Below, piece by piece: positions 10,162 through 19,103 of a DNA stretch of 64,000 nt. The translations under genes and the position numbers were made by a program. Positions within the stretch are counted from its first letter, which is position 1, and each line of letters begins with the position of its first letter. This stretch comes from an uncultured Flavobacteriales bacterium (lineage in GTDB: Bacteria > Bacteroidota > Bacteroidia > Flavobacteriales > UBA1820), in assembly GCA_902462305.1 (NCBI GenBank), contig CABQBC010000001.1, forward strand, positions 135,938-199,937, in the 5' to 3' direction. The notes under the pieces were generated by a model. That model searched no databases and was not told the origin of the DNA. It was given only the letters and a program-made list of their open reading frames with translations.

Positions 10162-11190
10162 ATGAAAACATCACTTAAATTGCTAGCATTCGCAGCAGTG
10201 CCTGCCTTATGCGGATGTTCGCACCAAACGCACCAGAAAAACTACGCCGAACTGACTTCTTCGGATTCTACCGACATGGTCTTCGCCGTCTCGGACAGCA
10301 TACATGCCGACAGCGTAACCATAAATGAAATACTCGAACCTATGGAATGGAACTTTGCCGAGGGCTGCGTAATCGTAAACAGCCCGAAAAACGAGGAGAT
10401 ATTCCATGTTTACGCCGCGCCGGAATTCCGCTACATGTACTCTTTCGGCAAAAAAGGCGAAGGGCCGGGGGAATTTTTCAGCCCCAACATATACCCTTCT
10501 CCCGATGGTAAAGGTTTTTACATAACCGATATAGTCGGAAAATGCTGCCGATATGCCATCGACCAGTCGCATGCATGGGCCGTTTCCGAAACGGCGACAC
10601 GCGGCAACGGCGCGGATATGTTCGTGTACGCCATGACCGACGATTCTACGGCTGTCAACCGGCCAGGCTCCGGGACACGGCTGGAGGTAGTACGCTTTTC
10701 GCAAGGACTCAACGTCACCGATACAATCGCAAGCCTTCAGGTAGAAGGCCCGGAAAAAACAGAAACCTACGGAGACCGTACATTCACAACCCGTCCGTCG
10801 AGGAATTTTCCGTCGGTGGTAAGCCGTGAGGGGCGCGTTGCTTTCGTATATCCCCAGGTTCGGCGCATAGACTATTTCGATATAACTCGGGACGGGAAAT
10901 TTTCACACGTGCGCTCCATCGGGAATCTGAGCTGCCGGCGGGAAATAGAAAACTCCGACATATTTTCACAGAAACGCCGCGATATAGAAGTACGTACTAC
11001 GGAAAAAAACATATACGTGCTGGACGATAATGCGATATATGTCTATGACTGGAACGGCAACTGCATGGCCGAACTTTTTCCCGACAAACGCATAACATCG
11101 TTCATTCCCGATCCTGTCAATTCGAAAATATACGGATACGACCGCCGCGAGGATTTCGAGAAAGTGTACGTTTTCGATTTCACGGAATGA
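10162..11190 (+). CDS. lipoprotein, 6-bladed beta-propeller-like family, paralog 4 (most divergent of the tandem set)
   Basis: Lipobox ALCGCS, with motifs ADSVTINEI, APEFRYMYSFGKKGEGPGEF and EDFEKVYVF. Confidence 0.6.
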   Translation: MKTSLKLLAFAAVPALCGCSHQTHQKNYAELTSSDSTDMVFAVSDSIHADSVTINEILEPMEWNFAEGCVIVNSPKNEEIFHVYAAPEFRYMYSFGKKGEGPGEFFSPNIYPSPDGKGFYITDIVGKCCRYAIDQSHAWAVSETATRGNGADMFVYAMTDDSTAVNRPGSGTRLEVVRFSQGLNVTDTIASLQVEGPEKTETYGDRTFTTRPSRNFPSVVSREGRVAFVYPQVRRIDYFDITRDGKFSHVRSIGNLSCRREIENSDIFSQKRRDIEVRTTEKNIYVLDDNAIYVYDWNGNCMAELFPDKRITSFIPDPVNSKIYGYDRREDFEKVYVFDFTE

Positions 11191-11208
11191 TCCCTGCATG
11201 GCAAACAT

Positions 11209-11239
11209 AAAAACGGCGTCCCTTCGGGACGCCGTTTTT
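11209..11239. terminator. bidirectional intrinsic terminator between convergent genes
   Basis: aaaaacggcgtccc-ttc-gggacgccgttttt forms a 14-bp stem with A/T tracts on both sides. It lies between the propeller paralog 4 stop and the tatA stop. Confidence 0.75.
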
Positions 11240-11286
11240 ATGTACCAAATGATGACTGCGCATTCTTACGGGAAATGCCGCCGTTA

Positions 11287-11502
11287 TTATTTTTCTTTGT
11301 CTCCGGCCGAATCGTTTTTGGCGTCTTTACCGTCATCCGCGTCACCGTACTCACCGCGTGTGGACTTCTTGAACTCGTTTATCCCCTTGCCCAGGTTCTT
11401 CATCAGAGTAGGTATCTTCGCGCCGCCGAAAAGCAACAACAGAACAAGCACTATAAGAATAAGCTGAGGAACGCCTATCACGCCAAGTATTATCGTTTCC
11501 AT
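11287..11502 (-). CDS. tatA: twin-arginine translocase subunit TatA/E
   Basis: From the internal Met: METIILGVIGVPQLILIVLVLLLLFGGAKIPTLMKNLGKGINEFKK, followed by an acidic tail. No tatC is adjacent. Confidence 0.85.
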   Translation of the reverse strand: METIILGVIGVPQLILIVLVLLLLFGGAKIPTLMKNLGKGINEFKKSTRGEYGDADDGKDAKNDSAGDKEK

Positions 11503-11768
11503 AATTACGGTATCATTATTATATGAAGGCAAATATATGTCTTTTTCCGTGTAAAACAACACCGCCCCACGAAGTTATTTACTCGCTTTTCCTGTTCATT
11601 GCGGAAAACACAGCATCAGTTTTTCACAATTCCGCTCGGTAAAAACCCCGTACATATACCGGCACGAAAACAAAAAAACAGCTTTTTACCTTTTTTTATG
11701 CACATTTTACCCTGTATTAAAAGCTATTACTTAAATTTGGGGAGCAAAAAACAACATCATCAACACCA

Positions 11769-13394
11769 ATGTCCCCAAAAATACTGCGCGGAGTAAGGAT
11801 AACCGCTGCCCTGATCTTTTTCCTGCCGCTTATTTTCTATTTCGTCGATTTCGCAGGGATAATGCCTCAAAGCCTTGCATTTGCGCTTAAATTGCAATTC
11901 GTCCCGGCTATATTGGCCGGAGCATGGCTTTACGTAGCCGCTGTGATGATACTCACCTTGCTGTTCGGACGCATCTACTGCTCGGCAATATGCCCGTTCG
12001 GAGTAATGATGGACTGCGTATCGCACATATCCGGACGCGGCAAAAAGAAAAACTTTAAAAACAAAGACAAACGTTACGCATATTCCCGCCCGCACAACGT
12101 ACTCAGATATTCGGTACTGGCCATTTTCACGGCGGCGTTTTTCATATCCGGACTGTTCCTGGCAGTAATGTTGCTGGACCCGTATTCCAATTTCGGACGT
12201 ATAGCCGCCAACATAGCCTCACCCGTATATGTCGCTGCGAACAATGCCCTGGCATACGTCACAGGACTGTTCGGTTCGCACGCATTGTACAAAGTGGGAT
12301 TTGCCTCGTTCGACATATACGCCTTTTCATTCTCGGCGGCGGTACTTACCGTAGTGGCATTGCTGGCCTTTTTCAAAGGCCGCCTGTACTGCAATTCCGT
12401 GTGCCCGGTAGGCACATTCCTCGGATTATTTTCCCGTTTCTCTCTGTTCAAAATACGTATAGACCAAGAAAAATGCACATCGTGCGGAATATGTACGATG
12501 AGTTGCAAATCGTCCTGCATAGAAAAAGGAGGCAAAAGCATCGACTATTCGCGTTGCGTGGTATGTTTCGATTGTATAGGCGGCTGCAAAGGACACGGCA
12601 TAACATTCAGCCCCGGAATAACAGGAGTGAAAGGGACAAAACATGTCACAACCGGAAAAAACACGCCTGAAGACGCTTCAAGACGTGAATTTCTGGCCAC
12701 TTCAGCGGCAATAGCACTATCGGCGCCCATACTTTCGGCAGCCGTACCGCAACCGGGAAAGGAAAAAGCCTGCGCCAATGCAGGAGAATGCATAAACGGC
12801 GACACGTGCGACTTCACCAACCAATGTTACACCAGTGGAAGCAAACTGCCGGTCACCCCTGCCGGTTCGACAGGCATCGAAGAATTCAACGCAGCATGTA
12901 CGGCCTGCAATCTATGTATAGTCAAATGCCCTTCACAGGTACTTAAGCCGGCGGTGACGGAATACGGACTGCGCGGCTTCATGCAACCGGTCATGAAATA
13001 CCGCGACGGACATTTTTGCAATTACGACTGTACCGTATGTTCGCAGGTATGCCCCACCGGAGCCATAAAGCCTCTGACAAAAGAAGAAAAACACACGGTA
13101 CAAATAGGCATAGCGCATTTCTTTCCCGGAAAGTGCGTGGCAGTGGTAAATTCATACGACTGCGGCGCCTGCGCCGAACACTGCCCGACGGCAGCCGTAC
13201 ACATGAAAGACAACCCGTCCGGAGGCCCGCGCATACCGGAAGTAACACCAGAACTTTGCGTAGGCTGCGGTGCTTGCGAACAGATATGCCCGGAAAAAGC
13301 CATTATCGTCTATGGCAACAGGGTACACCGTAAAGCCGAATTACCCGTAAAAGAAGATGCGCTGGAAATAGACATAGACGATTTCGGTTTTTAA
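11769..13394 (+). CDS. membrane-bound polyferredoxin (NapH/MauN-like N-terminal domain plus several 4Fe-4S clusters)
   Basis: 541 aa with N-terminal TM helices carrying CxxxCP motifs (GRIYCSAICPFG and GRLYCNSVCPVG). Further CxxCxxCxxxCP ferredoxin motifs follow (CTSCGICTMSC, CTACNLCIVKCP, CGACAEHCP and CVGCGACEQICP). Confidence 0.8.
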   Translation: MSPKILRGVRITAALIFFLPLIFYFVDFAGIMPQSLAFALKLQFVPAILAGAWLYVAAVMILTLLFGRIYCSAICPFGVMMDCVSHISGRGKKKNFKNKDKRYAYSRPHNVLRYSVLAIFTAAFFISGLFLAVMLLDPYSNFGRIAANIASPVYVAANNALAYVTGLFGSHALYKVGFASFDIYAFSFSAAVLTVVALLAFFKGRLYCNSVCPVGTFLGLFSRFSLFKIRIDQEKCTSCGICTMSCKSSCIEKGGKSIDYSRCVVCFDCIGGCKGHGITFSPGITGVKGTKHVTTGKNTPEDASRREFLATSAAIALSAPILSAAVPQPGKEKACANAGECINGDTCDFTNQCYTSGSKLPVTPAGSTGIEEFNAACTACNLCIVKCPSQVLKPAVTEYGLRGFMQPVMKYRDGHFCNYDCTVCSQVCPTGAIKPLTKEEKHTVQIGIAHFFPGKCVAVVNSYDCGACAEHCPTAAVHMKDNPSGGPRIPEVTPELCVGCGACEQICPEKAIIVYGNRVHRKAELPVKEDALEIDIDDFGF

Positions 13395-13471
13395 GCGCGC
13401 TTCTTTTCGGTATCGCCCCAGCGTCAACACCGCATCCGGCAAACACACTGCCACGGAATAAAGCTCACACA

Positions 13472-13509
13472 AAAAATCCCCTGTGTAAATTTTCACACAG
13501 GGGATTTTT
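13472..13509. terminator. bidirectional intrinsic terminator
   Basis: aaaaatcccctgtgt-aaattttc-acacaggggattttt forms a 15-bp stem. It sits between the convergent polyferredoxin and the 13533-14225 gene. Confidence 0.75.
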
Positions 13510-13532
13510 CACTGCAAGGCACTATACGGCTG

Positions 13533-14225
13533 TCACATCCTGGGTTTGACCCCGGCGGAATACCCTACCCTGGTTATGATGCTCACCACGCCTTCATAGG
13601 CGGCGGGACCGTATGCGGCAACATCGGCCCAGTCCTTGTAAACGGAAACACTTACCACCTGCCTCGGATCCAGATTCTGGATTTCCTCGGGATTAACCTG
13701 CAGGCCGTCTATCAGGTAATAATTGCAAACCATATGACGGGCTCCCGACGTAGAGGCAACCAAACGGCCGAAAGTAACCACCCCCTGGTTATACGATATC
13801 TTACCGAAACGCCCGTTGAAAAGGTCCTCTATCTTATAATCGTTCTTCCCTACCCAGTACGTTTTTCCGCTTTCGGTATAATATCCCATATCAGGTTGTT
13901 CGTAATGATACTTATCCTTTGGCATTTCCACGAAAATACTGAAGTTTACCACGGTGTTTTTTTCCGGATTTACGGGAATAGTGGTTGGAGGTATCCCGCT
14001 GAACGACACTGAGAGGTTTCTTTCCTTACGCCCAAGCTCAATACTGTAACGCCCTTCGGAATTAGTGACGGCTTCGGTTTTGGACCTCACGGCCTTCACT
14101 TTTACGCCCTCTATCGGTATCCCCGCCATATCCGTTATACATCCGGTTACGGTATATTGCTGTGCTATGGCATTTACGGAAGGAAATACCGCAGCGAGTA
14201 TAAAAAGTAGCGCTAATTTTTTCAT
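13533..14225 (-). CDS. secreted protein: carboxypeptidase-regulatory-like domain plus a SusC plug-start-like module, with no barrel (paralog A)
   Basis: Signal peptide MKKLALLFILAAVFPSVNAIAQQ, then YTVTGCITDMAGIPIEGVKVKAV...TNSEGRYSI (CarbopepD_reg-like). The C-terminus reads YYLIDGLQVNPEEIQNLDPRQVVSVSVYKD..AAYGPAAYEGVVSIITR. Confidence 0.6.
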   Translation of the reverse strand: MKKLALLFILAAVFPSVNAIAQQYTVTGCITDMAGIPIEGVKVKAVRSKTEAVTNSEGRYSIELGRKERNLSVSFSGIPPTTIPVNPEKNTVVNFSIFVEMPKDKYHYEQPDMGYYTESGKTYWVGKNDYKIEDLFNGRFGKISYNQGVVTFGRLVASTSGARHMVCNYYLIDGLQVNPEEIQNLDPRQVVSVSVYKDWADVAAYGPAAYEGVVSIITRVGYSAGVKPRM

Positions 14226-14393
14226 GGCCGGTAGAATTTGTAGTTATCCGATAGACAATCCGTATGAACCGCCATCCGGCCCGTACGATGCAAAATATGG
14301 TGAAAACCGGATACAGAGCCCATGTTCACTTGAGGTTCTGCCAAGGCGCATCCCATATCATACAAATATAGCGATTTTATTAACCGCAGCACA

Positions 14394-15317
14394 TTATTTT
14401 TTGCGGCTCGCATTTATGAGCACAACGCCGTTGCGGGCCTTTTCGCCGTATGTCTTCTCCACGCCGGAACGCACTATCATCATATCGTCGATATATTCTG
14501 GATGAAGCGCTGCGATATTTTTGACTTCCATATCGTTAATGATGTACAGTTCGCAACGCTTGCCGTCTATCCACACGTAGCCGTCACGGTATGTTATGCC
14601 TTCGCCCTGGAATTCAACAGCTTTTTTAAGCCCTTCCTCGCCCCTGAGCCTGGAATAATTGATGGTGCTCATCTGTACCGGTGTGTTCCTCTGAACACGG
14701 GATTCCAGTATCACCGCCCCGTTCTGCCCGGCTGCTCCGTATTTATTGGATGTACCGAACTTTATTATCGTGATAGAGCGTATAAGCTGCGGCATGACCG
14801 CATTAAGGTCAGCCACTGGCGCGCCGTCAAGTTCGTAGTAATCGCACCACCCCTGGTTACCCCGGAAAAATACCCTGCCGGTTTCGGGATCATAAATGGT
14901 ATGATTAGGATAACGCATTTTAAAAATATCCTCCCACGACACATCTATAGAACCTAACACGTAAGTATGCTCGCCGTCCTTTTCGGTAAAGAATCCCCGG
15001 CCGTAGGCATCGTACAGGGAAAGGTTCATGTTCACATCCCCTGACAGATCGACACCTTTTATTTTAACCCTTGTAGGTTTGGTGTATTTTACTTTTATCC
15101 TCACCCTTCTGTCTTTGGATGTGACAGGAAGGGAGTAAAAGCCGGCCGTATCGGTCAGGACTCTGGCTCCAGAGCCAAGGGCTTTTATTTCGGCGCCCTC
15201 TACCGGCCGTCCCCAGGCATCCCTTAGGTAGCCATGCATGGCTTCCGCCTGTTGGGCTGTCACCGGCACAGAAAAGGCGGCTAATACGGCTAATAAAGAT
15301 AGTTTTACCAGTTTCAT
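14394..15317 (-). CDS. secreted protein: carboxypeptidase-regulatory-like domain plus two SusC plug-start-like modules, with no barrel (paralog B)
   Basis: Start moved to MKLVKLSLLAVLAAFSVPVTAQQ. Module 1 is YYELDGAPVADLNAVMPQLIRSITIIKFGTSNKYGAAGQNGAVILES. Module 2 is LYIINDMEVKNIAALHPEYIDDMMIVRSGVEKTYGEKARNGVVLINASRKK. Confidence 0.6.
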   Translation of the reverse strand: MKLVKLSLLAVLAAFSVPVTAQQAEAMHGYLRDAWGRPVEGAEIKALGSGARVLTDTAGFYSLPVTSKDRRVRIKVKYTKPTRVKIKGVDLSGDVNMNLSLYDAYGRGFFTEKDGEHTYVLGSIDVSWEDIFKMRYPNHTIYDPETGRVFFRGNQGWCDYYELDGAPVADLNAVMPQLIRSITIIKFGTSNKYGAAGQNGAVILESRVQRNTPVQMSTINYSRLRGEEGLKKAVEFQGEGITYRDGYVWIDGKRCELYIINDMEVKNIAALHPEYIDDMMIVRSGVEKTYGEKARNGVVLINASRKK

Positions 15318-15710
15318 AGCATAAAAACGATTTATAATAACGAATCCGTAACCCCTATGCCGGGTATCAGACAACATGCCTTACGTAAAATATCGACCTG
15401 TCCATGACCGCGCACGACTATTGCACGGGTCAATTATTGTTTTGTCAATATTAAGATATTTTTTAATATATAACAGAAATTATTCGCTTTTTAAATAAAA
15501 ACTTATTCTGTTCAATACGTCCATAGCCCGCAGGCATAGCCTGTTTGATATTAAATGTCTGTTGCTAATATCTGTCCAGTGAGGCCCATCACAACGCTTC
15601 GCCTCGGCATCAAAGCACAACCCTATGTTTAGTGCCGAAGCATGATTCAATGGACGAGAAAACAACATCCATAACTGGTAGCCCGCCAACCAGCTTATTT
15701 CCGGCCAGGC

Positions 15711-15753
15711 AAAAAAAGAAATAAAAAAGACAGGCCCCATAAAAAGACCTGCC
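15711..15753 (-). terminator. candidate intrinsic terminator of the 15829-16464 gene
   Basis: On the minus strand, ggcagg-N13-cctgtc (6 bp including one G.U) is followed by ttttttatttc. Confidence 0.4.
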
Positions 15754-15828
15754 TTGAATTATCCTGCACGATACGCGCAGTCACCTGTTCTGCCGGGTCC
15801 TCCCGGCCATAACTCCGCCGCCGGCTAA

Positions 15829-16464
15829 TTATTTTATCTTGGCCGATTTAGTGGTGATAAGCACCACGCCATTGATTCCTTTGCCTCCGTAAACGCTTGC
15901 AGTACCGTCCTTGACGACAGTCACTTCATCTATGTCGGAAGGGTTAAGCATCAAGAGGTTTTCTACTTCCGAACCGTCGACCATGTATAGCAGGCACTGT
16001 TCGTTCCTTATGTACACGTATCCGTCCCTGTACGTAACGCCGGGAGCCTTTCCTTCGATGATATGTTTTATGTCCATCGTGCCTTGGATATTACCGGAAG
16101 GCGTCATCGTAACCTGGGCATTTGATATGTCGCGTTTATCGACCAAGCCTTTGGCTATAGCCAGGTCCATATCGGAAAACTCGAGGGTGACGTCGAGCTG
16201 GGTCTGTTTTTTCTTAAGCTTTACATACTGGGAAATAAGCCCTTCACCGGTAAATATAAGTGTCGATTCCGAAGGAGCAAGGTCTATCTTGTAATGTCCC
16301 TTGTCATCGGTTTTAGTAGTCTTTGCAGAGCCCTGTACCGCAATAGTAATGCCTTTTATCGGGGCCTTACCATAGGACACAGTTCCCTCCACCGTGCGCG
16401 ACTGTGCGAATACGGAGCCGGCAAACAGCAGAACGGCAATCGTCAGGAATCTTTGTAACTTCAT
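15829..16464 (-). CDS. secreted protein: carboxypeptidase-regulatory-like domain plus a SusC plug-start-like module, with no barrel (paralog C)
   Basis: Signal peptide MKLQRFLTIAVLLFAGSVFAQS, then TVEGTVSYGKAPIKGITIAVQGS..TKTDDKGHYKI. The C-terminus LYMVDGSEVENLLMLNPSDIDEVTVVKDGTASVYGGKGINGVVLITTKSAKIK closely mimics the SusC/RagA motif (VIDG..LNP.DIESI.VLKDA.A.AIYG.RAANGVI.ITTK). Confidence 0.65.
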   Translation of the reverse strand: MKLQRFLTIAVLLFAGSVFAQSRTVEGTVSYGKAPIKGITIAVQGSAKTTKTDDKGHYKIDLAPSESTLIFTGEGLISQYVKLKKKQTQLDVTLEFSDMDLAIAKGLVDKRDISNAQVTMTPSGNIQGTMDIKHIIEGKAPGVTYRDGYVYIRNEQCLLYMVDGSEVENLLMLNPSDIDEVTVVKDGTASVYGGKGINGVVLITTKSAKIK

Positions 16465-16657
16465 CGTTTTCGTATTATTTTAATTTAATATTTGGTTTAT
16501 TTATCTCAGGTCAAATATATGTAAAAAAATCATACTCCAACACATTTTTCAGAAAAAACCCTAAAGAAATCTTAATAAAATGCAAACATATTTAACATTG
16601 TATCAAAAACAACTTTTAACATCCCAAAAAAACGATGCTTATTTATCAATAAAGACG

Positions 16658-16665
16658 TATCTTTG
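16658..16665 (+). promoter_or_regulatory. -7 box TATCTTTG upstream of the speH-speE fusion
   Basis: Matches TAnnTTTG. It would give a leader of about 125 nt before the ATG at 16796. Confidence 0.35.
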
Positions 16666-16795
16666 CCCGCTGTAACTTTTGAAAGGCAGTACGTTGGCCC
16701 GGAAGTCAGAAAAGAACAGCCCGGGCGGATTATAAATTATAAAACCAATTTTCCAAATGGCACTGTGTTGCCGGTAAATAATTAGACATACGTAA

Positions 16796-18076
16796 ATGAG
16801 AGCATTAGGAAGACACATCCTAGTCGAATTTTTCGGCTGCGAACCACAGGTTATGAACGACGTGGCTAAGATCGAAACAGCAATGGTCGATGCGGCTGCA
16901 AAAGCCGGAGCCACAGTGATAAATTCCACTTTCCATCATTTTTCCCCGTACGGCGTATCGGGTGTGGTCGTGATACAGGAAAGTCACCTGGCCATACACA
17001 CATGGCCTGAGTACGGATATGCGGCTGTCGACCTTTTCACATGCGGCGACTCCGTCGACCCGTGGATATCGTTCGATTACCTGAAAGATGAATTCCATGC
17101 CCGCAACTACTCGGCTCTGGAAATGCGCCGTGGCAGCCTGGCTCAACTCGAAAGGCTCGATTTCGACCTGGCCTCCATGCGCGAGCTGAATAAAAAGCAC
17201 ACCAATCCGCAGAGGTTCACGCGCAACGTATGGTTCACCGACAAGGACGACAACCAGGCGCTCTCGCTGCGCCACACAGGTGAAGTTTTCTACGACAAGA
17301 CATCGGAATATCAGCGCACGCGTGTTATAAACACATACGGTTACGGCATGGCACTGACCATAGACAATATGTTCATGTGTACGGAAAAGGATGAAGCCCA
17401 CTATCACGAGATGATATCCCACCCGGCCATGTTCGCTCACGGAAACGTGAAAAAAGTACTGATAATAGGCGGCGGGGACGGAGCCTCCGTGCGTGAAATA
17501 GTAAAACACAGCAGCGTCGAAAAAGTCGTTATGGTGGAAATAGACGCAAACGTGGTTGAAGCATCCAAAAAACACCTTCCGCAGATGGCCTCTGCGTTCG
17601 ACCACCCTAAACTCGAACTGATAATAGGCGACGGCATAGAATACGTAGCCAAGGCCGCCCCGAAGAGTTTCGATTACATAATAGTCGACGGCAGCGACCC
17701 CGTAGGACCGGCAGAAGGGCTCTTCTCCGAAAAATTCTACCGCGACTGCAAAAACGCCCTTGCCGACGGCGGAATGCTGATAACCCAGGGAGAGTCGCCC
17801 CTTTTCAACAGCAGTACGTTCACCGAACTGAACGCATGCCTGAAAAGGATATTCCCTGCCGAGAGGGTCAAAACGATGCTGTTTCACATACCGACCTATC
17901 CGTCGGGAATATGGAGTTTCCAGATTGCCGTAAACGGGGACCTCGACGTGACCGAACCGAACGAAAAGGCACTGTCCGAATTCCAGCGTCCGCATGCGTT
18001 GAAATACTACAATACGGAAGTACACCGCGCGGCATTCGCACTGCCGAACTATGTCAAAGAAATGCTGAATGAATAA
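16796..18076 (+). CDS. fused S-adenosylmethionine decarboxylase proenzyme (class 1b, SpeH/SpeD-like) and spermidine synthase-type aminopropyltransferase (SpeE-like)
   Basis: One 426-aa ORF. Residues 1-115 are AdoMetDC-like, with the self-processing region [28 protein letters not shown]. Residues from about 150 to 426 are SpeE-like ([42 protein letters not shown] and [15 protein letters not shown]). Confidence 0.85.
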   Translation: MRALGRHILVEFFGCEPQVMNDVAKIETAMVDAAAKAGATVINSTFHHFSPYGVSGVVVIQESHLAIHTWPEYGYAAVDLFTCGDSVDPWISFDYLKDEFHARNYSALEMRRGSLAQLERLDFDLASMRELNKKHTNPQRFTRNVWFTDKDDNQALSLRHTGEVFYDKTSEYQRTRVINTYGYGMALTIDNMFMCTEKDEAHYHEMISHPAMFAHGNVKKVLIIGGGDGASVREIVKHSSVEKVVMVEIDANVVEASKKHLPQMASAFDHPKLELIIGDGIEYVAKAAPKSFDYIIVDGSDPVGPAEGLFSEKFYRDCKNALADGGMLITQGESPLFNSSTFTELNACLKRIFPAERVKTMLFHIPTYPSGIWSFQIAVNGDLDVTEPNEKALSEFQRPHALKYYNTEVHRAAFALPNYVKEMLNE

Positions 18077-19103
18077 CGGAAACGACACTGCGGCAAACTT
18101 CGACCCCGGAGCCCCCGGAGTGAACAACGGGAACTTTTTCGGGTTCCCGTATTCATTGGAACAGGCTTCAACGGTCATATACCCCGTAACATGGGACGTC
18201 ACCACATCCTACGGCGGAGGGGCTTCACGCGCCCCGCAGGCAATCCTGGAAGCGTCGCCGCAACTCGACTTTTTCGATTTCGACTTCCCACGCGCATGGG
18301 AAAACCGTATAGGCACACATCCTGGAAACGCCCTTTGCCGTGACAACGACGCATGGAGGGCTAAGGCGGAAGGGATAATTTCCTCCATAGAAGCCGGAAC
18401 ACCGCTCGCTGCGCTGTCAAAGCAAACGGACGAAGTAAACGAAGCTTGCCGCAGAGTAAACCTACGCACAAGGGAAGACGTTTCAGCCCTTCTAAACGAC
18501 GGTAAAAAAGTCGTGCTGTTAGGCGGCGACCACTCAACACCGCTCGGATACATAGAAGCCTTGGCCGAAAGGCACGACAGTTTCTCAATACTGCACATAG
18601 ACGCACATGCCGACCTGAGGGACTGCTACGAAGGATTCGAATACTCGCACGCATCCGTGATGTTCAACGCTATGAAGCTACCGTCGGTAACCAAACTGGT
18701 CCAGGTAGGAGTAAGGGACGTATCGCCCGGCGAGATATCGTTCATAGAAAACTCAGGCGGAAGAATATCGCTTTTCGACGATTATTCGTGCAGCCGTCGT
18801 CTGTACGCCGGGGAAAAATGGAATGAAATATGCCTTGACATCGTGTCGCGGCTACCGGAGAAAGTATACGTGAGCTTCGACATAGACGGGTTGGACCCGG
18901 CGCTGTGTCCAGGTACCGGAACTCCGGTTCCCGGAGGGCTCAGTTTTCAACAGGCCGCTCACCTGCTCCTAACGCTCAAGACCAGCGGGCGCAAAATAAT
19001 AGGCGCAGACCTGAACGAAGTATGCCCATCGCCCTCCGACGGACAATGGAACGCCAATGTAGGCGCACGCATACTGTACAAACTGTGCAGTCTGGTCAGA
19101 TAG
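18069..19103 (+). CDS. ureohydrolase (arginase/agmatinase family)
   Basis: 344 aa with Mn-site motifs [20 protein letters not shown] and [24 protein letters not shown]. Its start overlaps the upstream fusion gene by 8 nt (ATGAATAA). Confidence 0.8.
   Translation: MNNGNDTAANFDPGAPGVNNGNFFGFPYSLEQASTVIYPVTWDVTTSYGGGASRAPQAILEASPQLDFFDFDFPRAWENRIGTHPGNALCRDNDAWRAKAEGIISSIEAGTPLAALSKQTDEVNEACRRVNLRTREDVSALLNDGKKVVLLGGDHSTPLGYIEALAERHDSFSILHIDAHADLRDCYEGFEYSHASVMFNAMKLPSVTKLVQVGVRDVSPGEISFIENSGGRISLFDDYSCSRRLYAGEKWNEICLDIVSRLPEKVYVSFDIDGLDPALCPGTGTPVPGGLSFQQAAHLLLTLKTSGRKIIGADLNEVCPSPSDGQWNANVGARILYKLCSLVR

Noticed and set aside
15480-15740. 86-aa ORF in the long spacer, and a possible cobalamin riboswitch upstream of a TonB-receptor-like gene
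   Set aside because: The ORF translation is Trp- and Phe-rich and implausible, and it overlaps a terminator-like hairpin. I found no B12 box (GCCACTG) or other conserved cobalamin-riboswitch segments. Only a weak resemblance (ctcactg) is present.
16820-18205. A 461-aa ORF antisense to the speH-speE fusion. Similar long antisense ORFs occur at 48173-49366 (opposite metK), 39582-40541 (opposite serS), 62344-63564 (opposite lptF/G), 59054-59845 (opposite galT) and 45933-46658.
   Set aside because: In every case the opposite strand encodes a protein with unmistakable conserved motifs. The antisense translations are R/H/V/F/Y-rich with no recognisable domains. They are typical shadow ORFs.
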